A stretch of 64,000 nucleotides of DNA from Lepidodermella squamata (taxonomy: Eukaryota; Animalia; Gastrotricha). The translations under genes were made by a program, and so were the position numbers. Location of the stretch: NCBI GenBank assembly GCA_047495785.1, contig JBLDXI010000042.1:62001-126000 (forward strand). The letters are read 5' to 3'. The number at the start of each line of letters is the position of its first letter. Position 1 is the first letter of the stretch. Below, one piece after another: positions 61,799 through 64,000 of this stretch. Below the pieces are notes generated by a model. The model saw nothing but the letters and a program-made list of their open reading frames with translations. It ran no database searches and was not told the origin of the DNA.

Positions 61799-62513
61799 TA
61801 ATTTGCTCAATAAAATTTCTATAAGTTTCAAGTGTATTTTTGAAGTTAAATGAATCATCATTTCGAAAGGCTGAATACTGGTTATTTTTCGCTGTTTTCG
61901 TAAGTTAACTTTTGAAAAATGGAGGGAATTCCCAACTTTTTGACCTTTTATCCAAGGAAAATTATTAGGGTAAGTCACTGAAGTTCAATGTTTTGGCAAC
62001 CATTAATCATGCTTTATTGAAGCGCCGTTTTCCAAAGCCAAAGATGACTCATTTAAGTCGGCCGAAACCGCTAGATACCTCTTAGTCATCAACCTATTGA
62101 ATACTAACTACAACTGCCTTCAACGACAGACATAAATCATGTTTTTTTCGACCACGCGTGACTGAACACGCATGGGCGTTTGTAAAAAAAAGAGAATTAT
62201 CAAAAGCCATCATTGAGCAGAGATTATTTCTATACATAAGTTTAAGAGGAGAAAAAAGTTGAATAAAAGCACGCGCGTGGTGGCATGGTTACGACTGAAG
62301 CAACACCTACCCCCTCCATAGTAATATAACAAGGCTTTTATCATCAGCCGTATCATCACCACGTAGATATTATTATTATTATTATTCAATGACAGCGCGA
62401 GATAATCTCTTCCTCGTCATCATTAGCAACTTTTTCCACTCGAGAGCGAGAGAGATATTACACATTTTATCAGCTGATTTAAACTTGTATACTTGACTTT
62501 TGATTTTCGAACG

Positions 62514-63431
62514 ATGAATTTATCAGTTTTTGCCACATGCTTGGCTCTGGTTGTGTTAACTGCTGTGCTGTTACCAGTTAATTCGCGGCCTCTTTCGCGA
62601 GCGAAACGATCTCAAGTCGATGATGCAAAAAGTAATTTGAATTTTTCAAATTTTCGCACACGAAAACAAAAATAATGTTTTGAAAAATTCCAATCAAGAG
62701 CAAACAGTTCTCAAGAGAGAGAGAGAAAAGAGTAAAAAAGAATTATTTCAAAAATCAATAAATTTGAAAATCTCGGAATTTGTGGAATAACCCCAATTTT
62801 TCCGAGATTTTCTCAAATTTTAATATAATTTGGAATTTTCTTCAGACGCGTTTTATAATTTTTCTCGAATTTCTAGTAAATCACAAAATAATTCTTAAAT
62901 TCATAAATTTAAATGTTGAGTTTGAAGCGAAAAATTCACATTTGCAGCACTCATAGGTATTTTTAAATGTAAAAATTAATTAAATAATAACCATTTAAGC
63001 GAAATCGTCAATGATACCAAAATTATGACATCCTAATTTTTTCAAAATTATCGCTGAATTTTTTTTACAGTTCAATTTTAGTCGGTTGCGATCATGATTA
63101 CCTATATGCACAATATTTTTTTACGCGCTTGTAAATTCAAGCCCACTATCTTCTAAATTTGTTACGATGATTTTTTCTATAATTTTCCTATTTTTTTCCA
63201 GGTTCTCCCGTAGAGGTGACCGATGTAGAACAATACATCACTGACTTGGTCGAAAAGCGCGACTACGACACGCTCATCTCCCTTCTCCGATTTATCCGGC
63301 AAAAAGAGAAGGCGCAAATTCAAGCCGACTGTATGGCCATCTTCAGATCTCGAGCCATCTGCAACGGCTCGGCAGCGTTCAACATATGGCAAAAAACGAT
63401 TGCCGAACGGCTCAAGCCACATAAAGATTAA
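62514..63431 (+). CDS. Secreted prohormone-like precursor (about 115 aa, 2 exons)
   Basis: Exons 62514-62631 and 63202-63431 join in phase 1. Signal peptide, RAKR and EKR basic sites, and one Cys pair (CMAIFRSRAIC). Confidence 0.65.
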
Positions 63432-63552
63432 TTAATCGATGTATATAATTCATCAAATAGGCCCTGAATATATTGCCAATATGCATGAAATACTCTAATC
63501 ATTTGAAATACAACAAGTTCGATGTTTATTTTTCCATTGTAAATGTTAAAAT

Positions 63553-64000
63553 TTAGTCGAAACGATCGCAGGAGAAGGTGGTGAAGCCAGCTGCAGTTTG
63601 GAAGGCCTGCTTAGCCGCTTCCTTAACGTCGCTACCATCGAGGGACAGACCGGCCTCAACAACTGCAGCGGCAGTTTGGATGGTAGCAGCTGAAACCTTC
63701 TTGATAAAGTCCTTGCAGCCCTCTTTGTCCTTGCAGCAGATGGCGCCGAAATCGTACGGGCGCGAGCTCGGGCAATTGGCCCAGCAGACGGGTCCAACAC
63801 CGGAATACTTATCTGGGCAGTACGGGTAGCACAGACCAGCATCGTACTCCTTATCCGGGCCGCATCCCATCGGTTTGCCAACTCCACGGCCGTAGCTGGC
63901 CTTGGCGTAAGTATGGGCATCAACGCGGCACGTGCAGCCGTCGTTTTTGTATGGCGGGTCGTATGGTGGGCAGAAGGAGCAGCCTTTCGAGAAGGTAAGG
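63553..64000 (-). CDS. Partial cysteine-rich protein with SYGRGVG / DAGLCY / GVGPVCW motifs
   Basis: Frame reads CSFCPPYDPPYKNDGCTCRVDAHTYAKASYGRGVGKPMGC..DAGLCYPYC..GVGPVCWANCP.. then a helical tail. The 5' part lies outside the window. Confidence 0.8.
   Translation of the reverse strand, partial: LTFSKGCSFCPPYDPPYKNDGCTCRVDAHTYAKASYGRGVGKPMGCGPDKEYDAGLCYPYCPDKYSGVGPVCWANCPSSRPYDFGAICCKDKEGCKDFIKKVSAATIQTAAAVVEAGLSLDGSDVKEAAKQAFQTAAGFTTFSCDRFD

Noticed and set aside
1-64000. Prokaryotic operon, rRNA or tRNA genes, or a specific organism assignment
   Set aside because: Spliceosomal introns and eukaryotic transposons occur throughout. I recognised no structural RNA, and the taxon cannot be fixed from this window.

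Overview
This is eukaryotic, probably animal, genomic DNA: AT-rich, with many short GT-AG introns, so the ORF track fragments most genes. It is a tandemly duplicated, transposon-dense accessory locus. The main contents are: (1) seven copies (four intact) of a two-exon, membrane-anchored glycosyltransferase-like gene with GAGYWLWKPY, DxD and HRHDQS motifs; (2) at least eight copies of an unrecognised two-exon gene for small secreted peptides with one or two Cys-closed ~20-residue loops joined by an R-E-x-x-QP-x-E-AAR-type spacer, mostly missed by the ORF track; (3) three single-PAN/apple-domain microproteins, each head-to-head with a glycosyltransferase copy; (4) a secreted Sushi+ankyrin gene, a NEK-type kinase fused to a long ankyrin array, a many-exon Cys-rich secreted protein, a prohormone-like gene and a partial 'GVGPVCW' Cys-repeat gene; (5) two RTE-like LINE fragments and many non-autonomous DNA transposons (hAT, MULE, Tc1/pogo, Harbinger, CACTA-like, Crypton-like), several with readable target-site duplications. 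The best candidate for an undescribed system is the repeatedly co-duplicated peptide / PAN / glycosyltransferase cassette. Exon models were built by eye, and no database searches were run.
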